Shown here: one piece after another, positions 29,066 to 39,535 of the stretch
Layout of the letters: each line of letters starts with the position of its first letter
How positions within the stretch are numbered: the stretch's first letter is position 1
Sequence record: PQ850608.1
Direction: 5' to 3' (one strand)
Origin: Escherichia phage HermannAdler_Bas98
DNA length: 64,000 bases
Notes under the pieces: generated by a model
What the model was told of the DNA's origin: nothing
What the model saw: only the letters and a program-made list of their open reading frames with translations
Database searches by the model: none
Position numbers and translations under genes: made by a program

Positions 29066-30589
29066 TTAATTCATCTTTTTGCCGTCGAGGATGTGATCAG
29101 CAAGCATAGATTTCATGCTCAGTGAACGCTGAATTTCTTCGTCGATGGTATCAACACCAATAAAATCAACATACAACACGCTTGATTTGGTGCCGATGCG
29201 GTGATTTCGGTCTTCGGATTGCTTGCGCAACTCGTTGTCATAGTTGCAAGAATAATAGATTGCCAAGTCAGCGGCGGTAAGCGTGATTCCGATGCCTGCC
29301 GCAGCTGCGTGACACACCAACACTTGCGTTCCACCGTTCTCGACTGTGTTTTTCTGGAAGTCATCAATCAAGAACTCGCGCTGCTCTTTTGATGTTTCAC
29401 CGTTGTACGCACCAGTGACCACGCCTTCAGACTCAAGCCAATCCTTAATCTGGTTCATCTCTTCCTTAAAGATGGCCCACACGATGAATTTGCGCTCTGG
29501 GTCGTCTTCCAGCACCCCTTCCACATAGTCCTTAAAGGCCGTGAATCGTGGGTTGTCTTCCATGTAGACCATCTCATCATACACCTTAACAAAGCCTGAT
29601 GTCACCTGCTTCATCTTGGTGCGAGATGCGATCATCTCAAACTTAACGTTTTCTTCTTCGCCTTTGTACTCCATCAAATAGTTGTACTCATTCTTGAGTT
29701 CATCGTAGACATCGCGCTGCTTAGGCGACAACTCGAAGTCGATAAACTTGTACACCTTCTCTGGAAGGTCCGGCAAGTATTCCGCTTTTGTCGCGCGGAA
29801 ATAGTGCGGCTCCATCAGCCGGATAAGCTTGTCAAGGTTTTTGTACATCGGTCGACCAAACTGGTCTTTGCGCGGCACTTGCGGAATGCCATAACCGTTG
29901 CCGCCGATTTTCTTGAGAATGGCCTGCATCTCTGGGTCGTGCGCTTCAAGTAGAACTGTGAATTCAGAGTTGAATGCACGGAACGATTTGGTGCCAAGCA
30001 AGCCAGCTTCAAGGAAGTGATATTGCATGTAAATATCAGCAGGCGAGCGTGGCAGCGGCGTACCAGAAAGGATTCGACGGGCCTTTGCCAGCCGTCCCAA
30101 TTCCACAACCTTGATGGAGCGTTTGGCTGTGTTATTTTTGATACGCGTCGATTCATCAATGATCATCAAACAGCGGTATTTCTTCAAGACCGACTCAATG
30201 TGTTGATAACCGACTGGTGTGTTGACGGTGTCAATGTTGAATGAGAAGATGCGCGCAGGCACTTCGCCTTCAGGGTAGTGATCAGCAAACATCTTCTCCC
30301 AAAGCGCCTTGCCCTTTTTAGTCTTCATCTTGTCATTGCCGCGCCAGTAATGCCCAATCCACTTGATGGAAAGGTGCTCTGGCGCTTCACGACGAATCCA
30401 GTTTGAGTGGACACCGTTTGGAGCAATAACAACCATGGCATCAAACGCGCCAGCAGTGAAGTGCTTTTCAAACTCTGCCAAAGCAGTCCAGGTTTTGCCA
30501 AGACCCTGCTCCATAAAATAAGCAAAGTATTTTCTGCGGCCTGCTTTATCAAGCGCCAATAATTGGTGGCGCATTCCTTGTGTTTTCAT
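29066..30589 (-). CDS. SNF2-family helicase
   Basis: GLGKTWTA Walker A, DESTRIKN DExx box, C-terminal helicase domain. Confidence 0.75.
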   Translation of the reverse strand: MKTQGMRHQLLALDKAGRRKYFAYFMEQGLGKTWTALAEFEKHFTAGAFDAMVVIAPNGVHSNWIRREAPEHLSIKWIGHYWRGNDKMKTKKGKALWEKMFADHYPEGEVPARIFSFNIDTVNTPVGYQHIESVLKKYRCLMIIDESTRIKNNTAKRSIKVVELGRLAKARRILSGTPLPRSPADIYMQYHFLEAGLLGTKSFRAFNSEFTVLLEAHDPEMQAILKKIGGNGYGIPQVPRKDQFGRPMYKNLDKLIRLMEPHYFRATKAEYLPDLPEKVYKFIDFELSPKQRDVYDELKNEYNYLMEYKGEEENVKFEMIASRTKMKQVTSGFVKVYDEMVYMEDNPRFTAFKDYVEGVLEDDPERKFIVWAIFKEEMNQIKDWLESEGVVTGAYNGETSKEQREFLIDDFQKNTVENGGTQVLVCHAAAAGIGITLTAADLAIYYSCNYDNELRKQSEDRNHRIGTKSSVLYVDFIGVDTIDEEIQRSLSMKSMLADHILDGKKMN

Positions 30590-31008
30590 GACAATTCCTC
30601 TAAATACTTGATGATGTGATGAATAGTTCCCTTCACGATTATCTCACGTTGAACGTCTGCAGTATTATAACGCTTTAATTCAATAGAAGGGTGGACTAAA
30701 TAAAACATCTTCTCAGAATCAACCTTAAGCAAAACGAATGATGGGTATCGCCAATCATTCCACGAAGAAAGGAAGCTGCACTGTCCTTTCTCAAATGCAT
30801 TTCTGAAAGGTGCAGTGGTGGCCCTTGCAGGCCACGATTCAAAGAACTTCATTTCAAGCCAAAAGCCGCGCCCTTTCCGGTTGGTGCCGATTACGTCCGG
30901 CACGCCATCACCAGTCATTGACTCGATTCGTTGAAGCTTCAATACTGATTCTGAATGCTTCTTCAAAGGTACGAATATGTATTTCTGCTCACGGTTATTT
31001 GTTGCCAT
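30586..31008 (-). CDS. VRR-NUC (PD-(D/E)xK) nuclease
   Basis: GVPDVIG...GFWLEMK motif; adjacent to SNF2 helicase. Confidence 0.55.
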   Translation of the reverse strand: MATNNREQKYIFVPLKKHSESVLKLQRIESMTGDGVPDVIGTNRKGRGFWLEMKFFESWPARATTAPFRNAFEKGQCSFLSSWNDWRYPSFVLLKVDSEKMFYLVHPSIELKRYNTADVQREIIVKGTIHHIIKYLEELS

Positions 31009-33892
31009 CTGGATACACCTGTTTGATCACGTCAACGATGAACATGTCAATGCCTTCAAGCTTACGACCTTTCATCAGGAAGAATGCGCCGTTCCCGACG
31101 TTTTCAGCAATGTACTTCCCGTACTTCTGGAACTTCTCTGGACGAATCCTGAAGCGCATTGGCGAGTCGGTCGAGTCGTCTTTGCACATAAGGTCAATGA
31201 ACTGAGTCTCAAGCTTGTTTCCATACTGGTCAAACTCTGCGTAGCGGCCATCAGCTTGAAGACCCTTTTTAAGTTTGCCGTGCTTTGTATAAATGCCGCG
31301 CTCAAGACGTTTACGGATGCGTGTTGCTTCGTTCTCGTCCGCAAGCACTTTCTTTGTCAACTTGCCGATTACTATTGCGCGCTCGTCATCACCGACTTCC
31401 TTCATCTGGCGTATTGAAGCGCCGGACGTCACACCAATCAGATACGGGTCATTATACGCCCAGCCAAACTTTGTGTGCATCTCTGTAAGGTCGCCGTATT
31501 TGACTTCAGCATTGGCCAATGCGTCCTTTTGCTTCTGCGTTAAGGTTCCGGCTTCACGCGCTTCGATGTACTTCATCGCCTTCACCATTCCGTACCCTTT
31601 CGCGTTCATAATGCCGCCGATTAGCTTTCCGTTCGCGATTGTCCAGTTCATTGAAGAGTGATCAGGGTCGATTGGAACGTAATCCACGCCTTCCTTCGCA
31701 AGTTCACGTAATATCGCAATCGTCTGGTCTTCGTCCTTAGCAGCGCGTAAGCAGGCTGCGGCAAATTCCAACGGGTAGTGTCGCTTAAGCCACAATGTCC
31801 AGTAGGTCACGACCGCGTATGACACGGAGTGTGACTTGTTAAAGCCCCATGACCCGAACGTAGCCATCGCTTGCCAAAGCTTTCTTGCATCCGCTTCCGG
31901 TACTCCGTTATTGATTGCGCCTGCAACAAAGTCCTCGCCAAGCTTGTTAAAGTATTCTTCACCCTTACGGCCTGACATCGCCTTACGCACAGCTGACGTT
32001 TTCGCCCAGTCAAATGAACCAATCTCTTTAACCACGGCCATGATTTGCTCTTGGTAAAGAAACACGCCGTAAGTCTCTTTCAAGTACGGCTCAAGCTGCG
32101 GCACGTCGTACTCAATCGGCGCACGTCCTGCCGCGCGTTCAATGTATTTCTGGGCCATACCGGATGACAACGGGCCAGGTCGACCCAAAGCTGTCAGGTT
32201 GTCGATTTTGTTAAAGTTGTCGACGTGCACAAAGTTTGTTACTGAGCGTACAGCGTCACCTTCAAACTGGAAGATGCCTGACATCTTGTTTTCGTTAAGA
32301 ATGTCAAGTACGCTTTGATCATCAAGCTTGATTCCGTAGAGCGTTTCAGCATCAATAACGCCTGTATCAGAAATAATGCCGAGAGTACGAAGGCCCAGCG
32401 CATCAAGCTTCAAAAGGTTAAGGTATTCGCTGTCAGGCTTATCGATTTGTGCAATCCCTTCCGCAGTTACAGTACAGTAATCAGAGATTGGGTCATTACA
32501 CACAATGATTCCCGCTGCGTGAACACCTGTGTGAGACGGGTGAATCTCAAGGTCACCCATGCAACGCGCGGCGTCAGGATATTTCGCCACGAACTCTTGG
32601 CCCGTGGTCGTTGTTGCAAAGGTATCCTCCAGGCCGTGGCCATAACGGGCGTCACCTGACGAGTATTCAAGCAGTGCGTTTTTAATGTTGGCCGTTTCGT
32701 GGTATCCAATGTTGAACTTCTTACCAACCTGCGCCATTACTGAGTTGGCCTTAAGCGTGTTGATGTTGCCAAGCTTTGCAACATTCATTTCGCCGTATTT
32801 CTCTTTAAGATAATCAAACACCATATAGCGTTTGGTATCTTCAAAGTCGATGTCGATGTCAGGGAGGTCGGCGCGGCTTACGTCGATGAATCGGGCAAAC
32901 AGCAGCTTATACGGGATTGGGTCCACTTCCGTGATGCCGAGGCAATAGCAAACAAGTGAACCAGCCGATGAGCCGCGAGCAGGACCGACGAGCATTTTTG
33001 TTTTTGCGAATCGTACAAGGTCCGCTACTACCAGAAAGTATGAGTCGAAATCTTTCAGCTGAATCTGGTGAATTTCTTCGTTGAAGCGGTCCTCATATTC
33101 CTGAGTCCATTCTTTGATGTGACCTGCTTTGAGACGGTACTCCATCCCCTCACGCGCAAGCTTTACCATATCACCAGCAAGGTGGATAATCGGTGCCTTG
33201 CGTAATTTCAGGTCAAGTCCGACTATGCCGTTTGCTATGTCAACAGCATTGGCCGTTGCCTGATTCAGCTCATCTTCCGTCAAGATGCCTTTAAGCTGTT
33301 TGCGCAAGTCTTCCGCGTCAACGATGCAGTGCGGCTTGACCGTGTCGCGCACTTCCCAAGCATAAGCAAAGTCAACGTGCTCAGGTGAAGGCATGTGGTT
33401 GTATCCGGTTAAAACCAGCGGCCTTCCACCGCTACGATGAGCCAATGCCTGGCGCTTTGCCAAAAGGAACGATGATGGGTTGACGTCTATATAGTCGTAG
33501 TCCTCTGGCCGCAGCAACTCCACGGCACCGCCACAGAATTTAACGACGCCATCGAGCGCCCCGAACTCTGCACGGGTAAGTCCACCGCGCTGCGTTGCAA
33601 GTGTTGTAGCGTTGTAAAAAGATTTTAAGTCAAGGGCCAATATCCAAGCCTTCGGTTTGAATCCCTTTTTCGGGTCCGCATCAGGGTCGATGATTGGAAT
33701 CTCCATTCCAAACATAGGCTTAATATCATTTTTCTGGCATTCCTTTTCCCAGCGAACGTGACCCCATGTATTGTTATCAACTAATGCCGCGACTTCGCAG
33801 CCCAACTCTTTGAGCCGTGCTATAATTTCAGGATGCCGTCCATATACTTCTTTGAACGTGTAACCGCTGCGAACTCTCAATTGTGGAAACAT
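30995..33892 (-). CDS. DNA polymerase III alpha-like (DnaE-type) replicative polymerase
   Basis: 965 aa; N-terminal PHP-like domain; polymerase core blocks. Confidence 0.75.
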   Translation of the reverse strand: MFPQLRVRSGYTFKEVYGRHPEIIARLKELGCEVAALVDNNTWGHVRWEKECQKNDIKPMFGMEIPIIDPDADPKKGFKPKAWILALDLKSFYNATTLATQRGGLTRAEFGALDGVVKFCGGAVELLRPEDYDYIDVNPSSFLLAKRQALAHRSGGRPLVLTGYNHMPSPEHVDFAYAWEVRDTVKPHCIVDAEDLRKQLKGILTEDELNQATANAVDIANGIVGLDLKLRKAPIIHLAGDMVKLAREGMEYRLKAGHIKEWTQEYEDRFNEEIHQIQLKDFDSYFLVVADLVRFAKTKMLVGPARGSSAGSLVCYCLGITEVDPIPYKLLFARFIDVSRADLPDIDIDFEDTKRYMVFDYLKEKYGEMNVAKLGNINTLKANSVMAQVGKKFNIGYHETANIKNALLEYSSGDARYGHGLEDTFATTTTGQEFVAKYPDAARCMGDLEIHPSHTGVHAAGIIVCNDPISDYCTVTAEGIAQIDKPDSEYLNLLKLDALGLRTLGIISDTGVIDAETLYGIKLDDQSVLDILNENKMSGIFQFEGDAVRSVTNFVHVDNFNKIDNLTALGRPGPLSSGMAQKYIERAAGRAPIEYDVPQLEPYLKETYGVFLYQEQIMAVVKEIGSFDWAKTSAVRKAMSGRKGEEYFNKLGEDFVAGAINNGVPEADARKLWQAMATFGSWGFNKSHSVSYAVVTYWTLWLKRHYPLEFAAACLRAAKDEDQTIAILRELAKEGVDYVPIDPDHSSMNWTIANGKLIGGIMNAKGYGMVKAMKYIEAREAGTLTQKQKDALANAEVKYGDLTEMHTKFGWAYNDPYLIGVTSGASIRQMKEVGDDERAIVIGKLTKKVLADENEATRIRKRLERGIYTKHGKLKKGLQADGRYAEFDQYGNKLETQFIDLMCKDDSTDSPMRFRIRPEKFQKYGKYIAENVGNGAFFLMKGRKLEGIDMFIVDVIKQVYPDGNK

Positions 33893-34434
33893 TATTTACT
33901 CCAGATGTCATATACGCCAATTTGTTGGCAGACTTTGTGCAGTAATATTACGTCGTCTAATGCACGGTGCTTCTGTTCATATTTTCCGAAATATAATTCA
34001 TACAGCTCTTGAAGCTTAACTCTTCGGCCAAAAATAGGCAAGGTTTGCTCGACCGTACAAACGTTTATTTCTGGGAAATTAACATCATCAAGTGTAAGTC
34101 CTTCGCGCTGTAATGCATAATCAAGAATGTTTTTATCGAACGCATGGTTGTGCGCGATAGTGGCATCAGTTTTCTTGAAGATTTCTTTTAGCTGTGGAAC
34201 GAAGTTGATGAATGGTGGATTGCACTCAAGGTCTTCATTGGTTAATCCGGTAATCTTTGTAATGATTTCTTCAATCACAATTTCAGGATTAATTATGAAT
34301 TCAAACGTTTCAAGAATCTCTTTGCCGTCCGTCAACAGGCCTGCAAATTCAATAGGGCGCGGCTGCATTCCAAGCGGCGCTTTCGGGTGCACGGTCAGTC
34401 CGGTTGTTTCGAAGTCATAAGGGAGAAATAACAC
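33892..34434 (-). CDS. DnaQ-like 3'-5' proofreading exonuclease
   Basis: Exo I YDFETTGL, Exo II AHNHAFD, Exo III HRALDD. Confidence 0.8.
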   Translation of the reverse strand: MLFLPYDFETTGLTVHPKAPLGMQPRPIEFAGLLTDGKEILETFEFIINPEIVIEEIITKITGLTNEDLECNPPFINFVPQLKEIFKKTDATIAHNHAFDKNILDYALQREGLTLDDVNFPEINVCTVEQTLPIFGRRVKLQELYELYFGKYEQKHRALDDVILLHKVCQQIGVYDIWSK

Positions 34435-34488
34435 ATTAGCCTCCTACAAAAAGGCCGCCCATTAGGACGGCCACAGATTCACGATTCG

Positions 34489-35040
34489 TTATACAGTGTA
34501 CGGAGTACCTTCTTGATTCAAGCGCACGATAAACTTCAAATCAACGCCGATGATTTCACGCGTATCAAAGATCACATAGTTGTAACGACGTTGGCCAGCG
34601 ATGTTTGGGTTGGTGTGAGAATCAGTTACGACTTCCTGTGCAACCTGAATGCCTTCTTCGCTAAAGAACTTACGCCATTCAGCAAGTTCAGCAGCAGTCA
34701 CGTGCATACCAAGGTGGCTGACCTGATTATCGTGCGCATCGAGCATGTCGATGTTTTCATTAATCCAGTTGCAACCTTTTGTGTAGTCAAGGATTTCAAG
34801 CTCAAGAGGCTTACCAGCGCCGCCATCAGTACCGTTGCCAGCCTGATAGTTGAAGCGCAAGTCAGCTTCATTGGTGCAATCGCCGCGCTGACCTTTAAAG
34901 TCATCAGCTTCAAATACGCGACCAGTAGCAACAACGTGATCATGGAACCACTCTGTCAGGCCGATTTTAGCCAGGAAGTCCTGAGCGCGTTGAGCATCTG
35001 GAATGGACAGGGCGATTTGTTCAATTTTAAAATGTGGCAT
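34489..35040 (-). CDS. hypothetical protein, possibly glyoxalase/VOC-fold
   Basis: Two beta-alpha-beta-like halves with His-containing motifs (HDH, HLGMHV); weak. Confidence 0.3.
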   Translation of the reverse strand: MPHFKIEQIALSIPDAQRAQDFLAKIGLTEWFHDHVVATGRVFEADDFKGQRGDCTNEADLRFNYQAGNGTDGGAGKPLELEILDYTKGCNWINENIDMLDAHDNQVSHLGMHVTAAELAEWRKFFSEEGIQVAQEVVTDSHTNPNIAGQRRYNYVIFDTREIIGVDLKFIVRLNQEGTPYTV

Positions 35041-35060
35041 TTTGTTTCCTTAATTAAATA

Positions 35061-35276
35061 TTATTGATTAATTACTGTGTTGTCTTCGTCCTGTTTCTTT
35101 TCAGGAGCGGGTGTGACAACTTCAAATTTAGGTTTGGGTAATTCACCTTTAGCGCCTGGGACTTCAACGACAATCTTTTTGTCAGGCTCAACAGGATTTG
35201 GAACTTCAAATTTGATTGTGTATCCTAATACAACAAGAAGCACTAAACCGATTACCGCTACCCAGGCTTTGTTCAT
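35061..35276 (-). CDS. small membrane-anchored protein
   Basis: N-terminal anchor MNKAWVAVIGLVLLVVLGY followed by Pro/Lys-rich tail. Confidence 0.5.
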   Translation of the reverse strand: MNKAWVAVIGLVLLVVLGYTIKFEVPNPVEPDKKIVVEVPGAKGELPKPKFEVVTPAPEKKQDEDNTVINQ

Positions 35277-35278
35277 GG

Positions 35279-35446
35279 TTATTCGCCCTTATCTTTGCCT
35301 TCTATGGAATAAGTCTCAATGGAACCGACGCGCTCGTGGTTAACCTTTGCGTTTTCGATTCTTATTACTTCAAATCCAACGCCTTCTTGATCAATCTTCA
35401 CTTCTGCCACGTCGCCAATCACTTCTACAACAACTTTGATAGTCAT
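35279..35446 (-). CDS. small protein (55 aa)
   Basis: Short ORF below ORF-track cutoff, packed between neighbours. Confidence 0.3.
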   Translation of the reverse strand: MTIKVVVEVIGDVAEVKIDQEGVGFEVIRIENAKVNHERVGSIETYSIEGKDKGE

Positions 35447-35449
35447 GAT

Positions 35450-36133
35450 TTATTTCCCAAATGGAATATCAGTACCAGACATAAAGCGCCATGCGCCCGT
35501 AATTAAGATATGGCGAATGAAGTCAGCAATTACTTGCGGCTCAGTCTCCAATCCATTCATCAATGCCTTTTTCTGGTATTCAGCGGCGTATTCAGGAGTC
35601 CATCCGCGAGTCGCGCAAACAGCATCTTCAATCTGTTTAGACATACCAGTGCCGCGCAACTTGTTAGGACTAATAGAGAATACCGTGATGCCGTATTTAG
35701 GCGTAAGCTCGTGAGCCATCTGCTTGCTAATCATAAGCGCAGCAGCCTTGGATGCATTATAACACAAGCTGGACGTCATAGGAATATGCGCAGCGTTAGA
35801 AACGATATTGATCACAAAACCTTTGTTGTCGATAAGACTTTTCAGCGCGGCCTGAGTCGTGTTGACGAAAGAGAAGGCGTTGGTGTGCATAACGCGATTG
35901 AACTCTTCGTAGTTAACATCTTCGAACCAGTTGTTGGAGTTGACGCCAGCGCAGTTGATCAAGCCTTCTACATCATATGGGCTTAAAATTTCTTTCATCT
36001 GTTTAGCGTCGCGGACGTCATATCCGTATGCTGAATCGATTCCAAGCACGTTATGACCGTAAGCGCCAAGGGTGTCAAAAATAGATTTACCAAGACCGGA
36101 ATTGGAACCTGTTACAACAATTACTTTTTTCAT
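35450..36133 (-). CDS. short-chain dehydrogenase/reductase (SDR)
   Basis: TGSNSGLGKS (TGxxxGxG) and YNASK (YxxxK) motifs. Confidence 0.75.
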   Translation of the reverse strand: MKKVIVVTGSNSGLGKSIFDTLGAYGHNVLGIDSAYGYDVRDAKQMKEILSPYDVEGLINCAGVNSNNWFEDVNYEEFNRVMHTNAFSFVNTTQAALKSLIDNKGFVINIVSNAAHIPMTSSLCYNASKAAALMISKQMAHELTPKYGITVFSISPNKLRGTGMSKQIEDAVCATRGWTPEYAAEYQKKALMNGLETEPQVIADFIRHILITGAWRFMSGTDIPFGK

Positions 36134-36198
36134 TTATTTATCCTTTTTGGACTTCGTTTCGATGAGGTAAATATAACTCATCGAAACGCACAAGTAAA

Positions 36199-37074
36199 CT
36201 ATTTATTGAAATTAATATTATGGGTGTTAACAAGACGTTCACACATGGCGCTATAAACACCATCGTCGTGTATTGAGTCTTCGTGCTTCAGGCCGCTGAT
36301 TGCGAAGCGTGTAAGCTTGACAATCTTAAGCTCGAACAGATGCCACATGTGGTAGTCTTCCGGTGTCTTCAAAGTTACGCCATTAGGGAACAACACCTGC
36401 ATAACCTGACCTACCATCACAGCGTTATCGCCATAAACGGCATTGCGCTCACGGAAGGTCGCGGCCATCGCATCAAGAATATCAGCAGCGGTTGCTGGGG
36501 CTTGTTGTTCAACTTCAACAAGTTTAGTCTCTTCTTTCCCTGTTGCACTTGGATCAACTGCTAATTGTTGCACCACTTCACCTGCCTTGCAAAGATTAAA
36601 TGTAAAGGCGATTTTATTTTGCGCCATGGAATTATAGTGCAAAGCTTCTTCTTGCATCCGCGCGAGTACGTCTTGTCGGTCGTCGAATACATTGATGATT
36701 CGATAATCGCCGTGCCGCAAAGCGTGCGATAGCCATGCAGATTTCATAATAGTTGATGGACGTTTGTCGCCATAGTCTCTCATCTTGATTGTAAATTCAT
36801 CAAAAGGGAAAACATTGTCCAGACGTTCAAAAGTCACTTGTCTGTATTTTTCTGGCCTTGCAGTCCAATATTCAACCGCCTCACCGCGAAGAGATGCCGA
36901 CTCTACTGCTGATGCAATGTGAGGATAGAACTGATCATAACCAATACCGCTGTGATAGTCATCATAGTCTGACAACGGACCTGCCACCTTGATGCGGTCT
37001 AAGCGCCAACGGTCATCAAACAGCGTTCCGTCAAGGTCGAATACGTTTAAGATTTCGCTGTTTTTAATGCTCAT
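36199..37074 (-). CDS. HAD-superfamily hydrolase with C-terminal domain of unknown function
   Basis: N-terminal VFDLDGTLFDD (HAD motif I DxDGT); C-terminal ~130 aa unrecognised. Confidence 0.55.
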   Translation of the reverse strand: MSIKNSEILNVFDLDGTLFDDRWRLDRIKVAGPLSDYDDYHSGIGYDQFYPHIASAVESASLRGEAVEYWTARPEKYRQVTFERLDNVFPFDEFTIKMRDYGDKRPSTIMKSAWLSHALRHGDYRIINVFDDRQDVLARMQEEALHYNSMAQNKIAFTFNLCKAGEVVQQLAVDPSATGKEETKLVEVEQQAPATAADILDAMAATFRERNAVYGDNAVMVGQVMQVLFPNGVTLKTPEDYHMWHLFELKIVKLTRFAISGLKHEDSIHDDGVYSAMCERLVNTHNINFNK

Positions 37075-37880
37075 CCTTTTGATACTCCATCTTTAGCAAC
37101 TGGATTGTTGGTGATTGGCATTGCACTCCAAAACTGGATGCGCAACTCTTCTTGCTGTGCCGTGGTATCCATCCAATCACGATACCAAGGGCAATGGGCT
37201 TTGCCATGACGAGGAAACGCGCATTTACCCATACCGATGCATTGCGGCTGTAATAGTGGATTTGCCCACGGGTGCACCTTGAGGACTTCCGCAACCATTG
37301 CGCGGAATACTTCTTGATACTCGCCTTGGGTGCGCGTGCACAAGCGGTTTGACGCCATCTGCTGCAGCGTGCGCAAGTTGAACTTTGCCATGATATGCGT
37401 TTGCATATTAGAAGGCAACACGGCACGTGCATCTTGAATCTCTGCGCCAGCCGCGCGAAGCTCTTGGTATAGAGCGTCAATCGTGGCCATCGCATCATCC
37501 CACTTCTCTGCCAATGAGTGATTTCTTATGTGCACATCATCAAATGCATTTTCATCATTGCAGTCAAAAGGGTGCTCGAATGCCTTCGGACGAATCGCAT
37601 CAAATGCAGACGACTCCTGAGCGCGGCTGGTGCGTTCTTGATATGCGCCTGTGCGTGTGCGTACCATCTGATGGGTCATGTTCTTTGATACAGCTGTGAT
37701 ATCAAAGATATAGTCCACAAAGTCAAAAGGAGACCTGATTGTATCAAGCATGTAGCGCCAGTGCTCTTGCTTCTCTGATTCTGTCATCTCAGAGACTGGC
37801 TTACCAGTCATGCGCGTGTTCTTTGTTTCCAGCAAAAGGTCAAGTGCATCTTGGGTGTATCGAATTAATTCAACTTTCAT
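37071..37880 (-). CDS. thyX: ThyX-like flavin-dependent thymidylate synthase homologue (divergent)
   Basis: ThyX-like blocks but signature reads RTR-X8-S (MVRTRTGAYQERTSR) instead of RHR; VLPSNMQT...NLRTLQQM block; Cys-rich C-terminal extension. Confidence 0.5.
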   Translation of the reverse strand: MKVELIRYTQDALDLLLETKNTRMTGKPVSEMTESEKQEHWRYMLDTIRSPFDFVDYIFDITAVSKNMTHQMVRTRTGAYQERTSRAQESSAFDAIRPKAFEHPFDCNDENAFDDVHIRNHSLAEKWDDAMATIDALYQELRAAGAEIQDARAVLPSNMQTHIMAKFNLRTLQQMASNRLCTRTQGEYQEVFRAMVAEVLKVHPWANPLLQPQCIGMGKCAFPRHGKAHCPWYRDWMDTTAQQEELRIQFWSAMPITNNPVAKDGVSKG

Positions 37881-37893
37881 TTTAATTATCCTA

Positions 37894-38340
37894 TTAACGG
37901 TAATTCACTAGTTGCTGATCACCAGAGAAGGTGCAATGATAAACGAATTGTGCGTTATAAAGCAACTGAAAACTTTTCTTTGGTTCATTATTAGAACTCA
38001 TTGATGTAAAGATTTCTGCACCAGAACGGTTTTCACCAATCAGGTTAATAAAGTCGCCAGTTGAACGAGGCTGAACGAAAGTGAAACGCTGCATCCACGG
38101 AGTCCGGTTGGCACCTTTTCCGGTGAATCCCTGAATCTGAATATTCAGACCTTCTTGCTCGTTCACACCGATGTAAGTGGTAATTGTTGCGCCAGTCGTC
38201 GCTGCAGTCTTGCCGTCCATCGCTTCGCAATCGTAAACAGCGATTGAATCGGAAGTACGGACAGCGGCTTCAGTCGCTTCCATATACATGGTTCCGAGAA
38301 TAGCAGTTGCGGCAAGCGCGATTCCAGTGATGCGTTTCAT
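37894..38340 (-). CDS. secreted protein of unknown function
   Basis: Signal peptide MKRITGIALAATAILGTMYMEA; two Cys in mature part. Confidence 0.5.
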   Translation of the reverse strand: MKRITGIALAATAILGTMYMEATEAAVRTSDSIAVYDCEAMDGKTAATTGATITTYIGVNEQEGLNIQIQGFTGKGANRTPWMQRFTFVQPRSTGDFINLIGENRSGAEIFTSMSSNNEPKKSFQLLYNAQFVYHCTFSGDQQLVNYR

Positions 38341-38405
38341 TTTCGTTTCCTCTATGAGTTCTGCTTCAATGATTAAAGTATACGCCCATTGAAGCAGAAA
38401 GCAAA

Positions 38406-39401
38406 TTATTTATTAGCAATATAAGCAAATTTTTGATAGTTATTTGCTTTGATGAGTTTTTCAACTTCAGCAAGGTCATGAGCGACGTCATCAAGCAAAA
38501 TGTTTCGCCAAGTAGCGAATCGACCGACACTAAATACGTTCAAATCCATGGTCAGTTGCAGGAGTAGAGCGTGTCGCAAGTCTTTCGGAATGTCGACAAT
38601 CTTGCCATACTTCTGGTCGACCTTTTCAACTTCTTCGAGAGCGATGTCACTCCATGATAGGCCAAAGGCTGTCAATACTTCGTCAACTTCTGCACGCAAC
38701 TTAATGTCACGGTAACGAGTAATGCCGCCAGCGGCTTCAACTGCGGCTTCACTTACGCTAACCAAAGGAATTGTTTCGATGATCAGCGTGTCACCAGTGA
38801 TTGATGCGCGGTAAGTTCTGACGGAGTAGTCAGGGAAGTAAATTGTCTGATACAACTCACACTTACGTTTAATCTTAAAGCGGTAAACACGAATGTTTGC
38901 TTTATCAAATGAAAAATCAAGCTTTTGATCAATCCCAGCCAGCTTCATCATAACTGGCAGCGGCGACGTGTTGATGATTGGCGTCTCGCTATAGCCGCAA
39001 AGAGTATCAACAGGAGTATTAAAGAATATGCGGTCGCCCAGTTTGTCGACAAGCTGATCATAAAAGTCATCAGGCGCAATATAACGCGTTGCAGTTTTAA
39101 GCTTCATGATTGAACGGCTGCCAAACTGATTGGTGACCTTCATGGAATACATATTGGCAAGGTTGATTGGACAATGGTCGTGGTAGTAGTTGCCGCGAAA
39201 ATACACAGCCTTGTCAACTGTCACGGCCTTAAAAGGGATTCCGGTAATACGGCTTACTTCTTCGCCGCGAAAGCGTAGCAGTGCCTTGTGCTGTGGCGCT
39301 CGCTCCCCTGCTTCGTACACAATAGAGTTCGGGAAGTGACACGCGGTGATAAGTCCTGCCAAACCGCCGCCGATAATCATTACAGGTTGTTTCATGTTCA
39401 T
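38406..39401 (-). CDS. FAD/NAD(P)-binding oxidoreductase
   Basis: N-terminal VMIIGGGLAGL dinucleotide-binding motif. Confidence 0.45.
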   Translation of the reverse strand: MNMKQPVMIIGGGLAGLITACHFPNSIVYEAGERAPQHKALLRFRGEEVSRITGIPFKAVTVDKAVYFRGNYYHDHCPINLANMYSMKVTNQFGSRSIMKLKTATRYIAPDDFYDQLVDKLGDRIFFNTPVDTLCGYSETPIINTSPLPVMMKLAGIDQKLDFSFDKANIRVYRFKIKRKCELYQTIYFPDYSVRTYRASITGDTLIIETIPLVSVSEAAVEAAGGITRYRDIKLRAEVDEVLTAFGLSWSDIALEEVEKVDQKYGKIVDIPKDLRHALLLQLTMDLNVFSVGRFATWRNILLDDVAHDLAEVEKLIKANNYQKFAYIANK

Positions 39402-39535
39402 TTGTCCTTTGTGGGTGATATGAGAAGTATAATAGCTAAATTATTTTACAGCAACAAGTCATTTCTATTTAGTACAGACGAAAAAAGACCCACAACAAGT
39501 GTGGGTCAATTACCGCTATATAACCGTCCTACAGG

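Noticed and set aside
30995-33892. Intein or intron in the DnaE-like polymerase
   Set aside because: ORF is continuous and shorter than cellular DnaE, with no inserted block or endonuclease motifs
37894-38340. AB5-toxin B-subunit-like secreted protein
   Set aside because: Only size, signal peptide and two Cys fit; no sequence match to LT-B, pertussis or subtilase B subunits that I can recall
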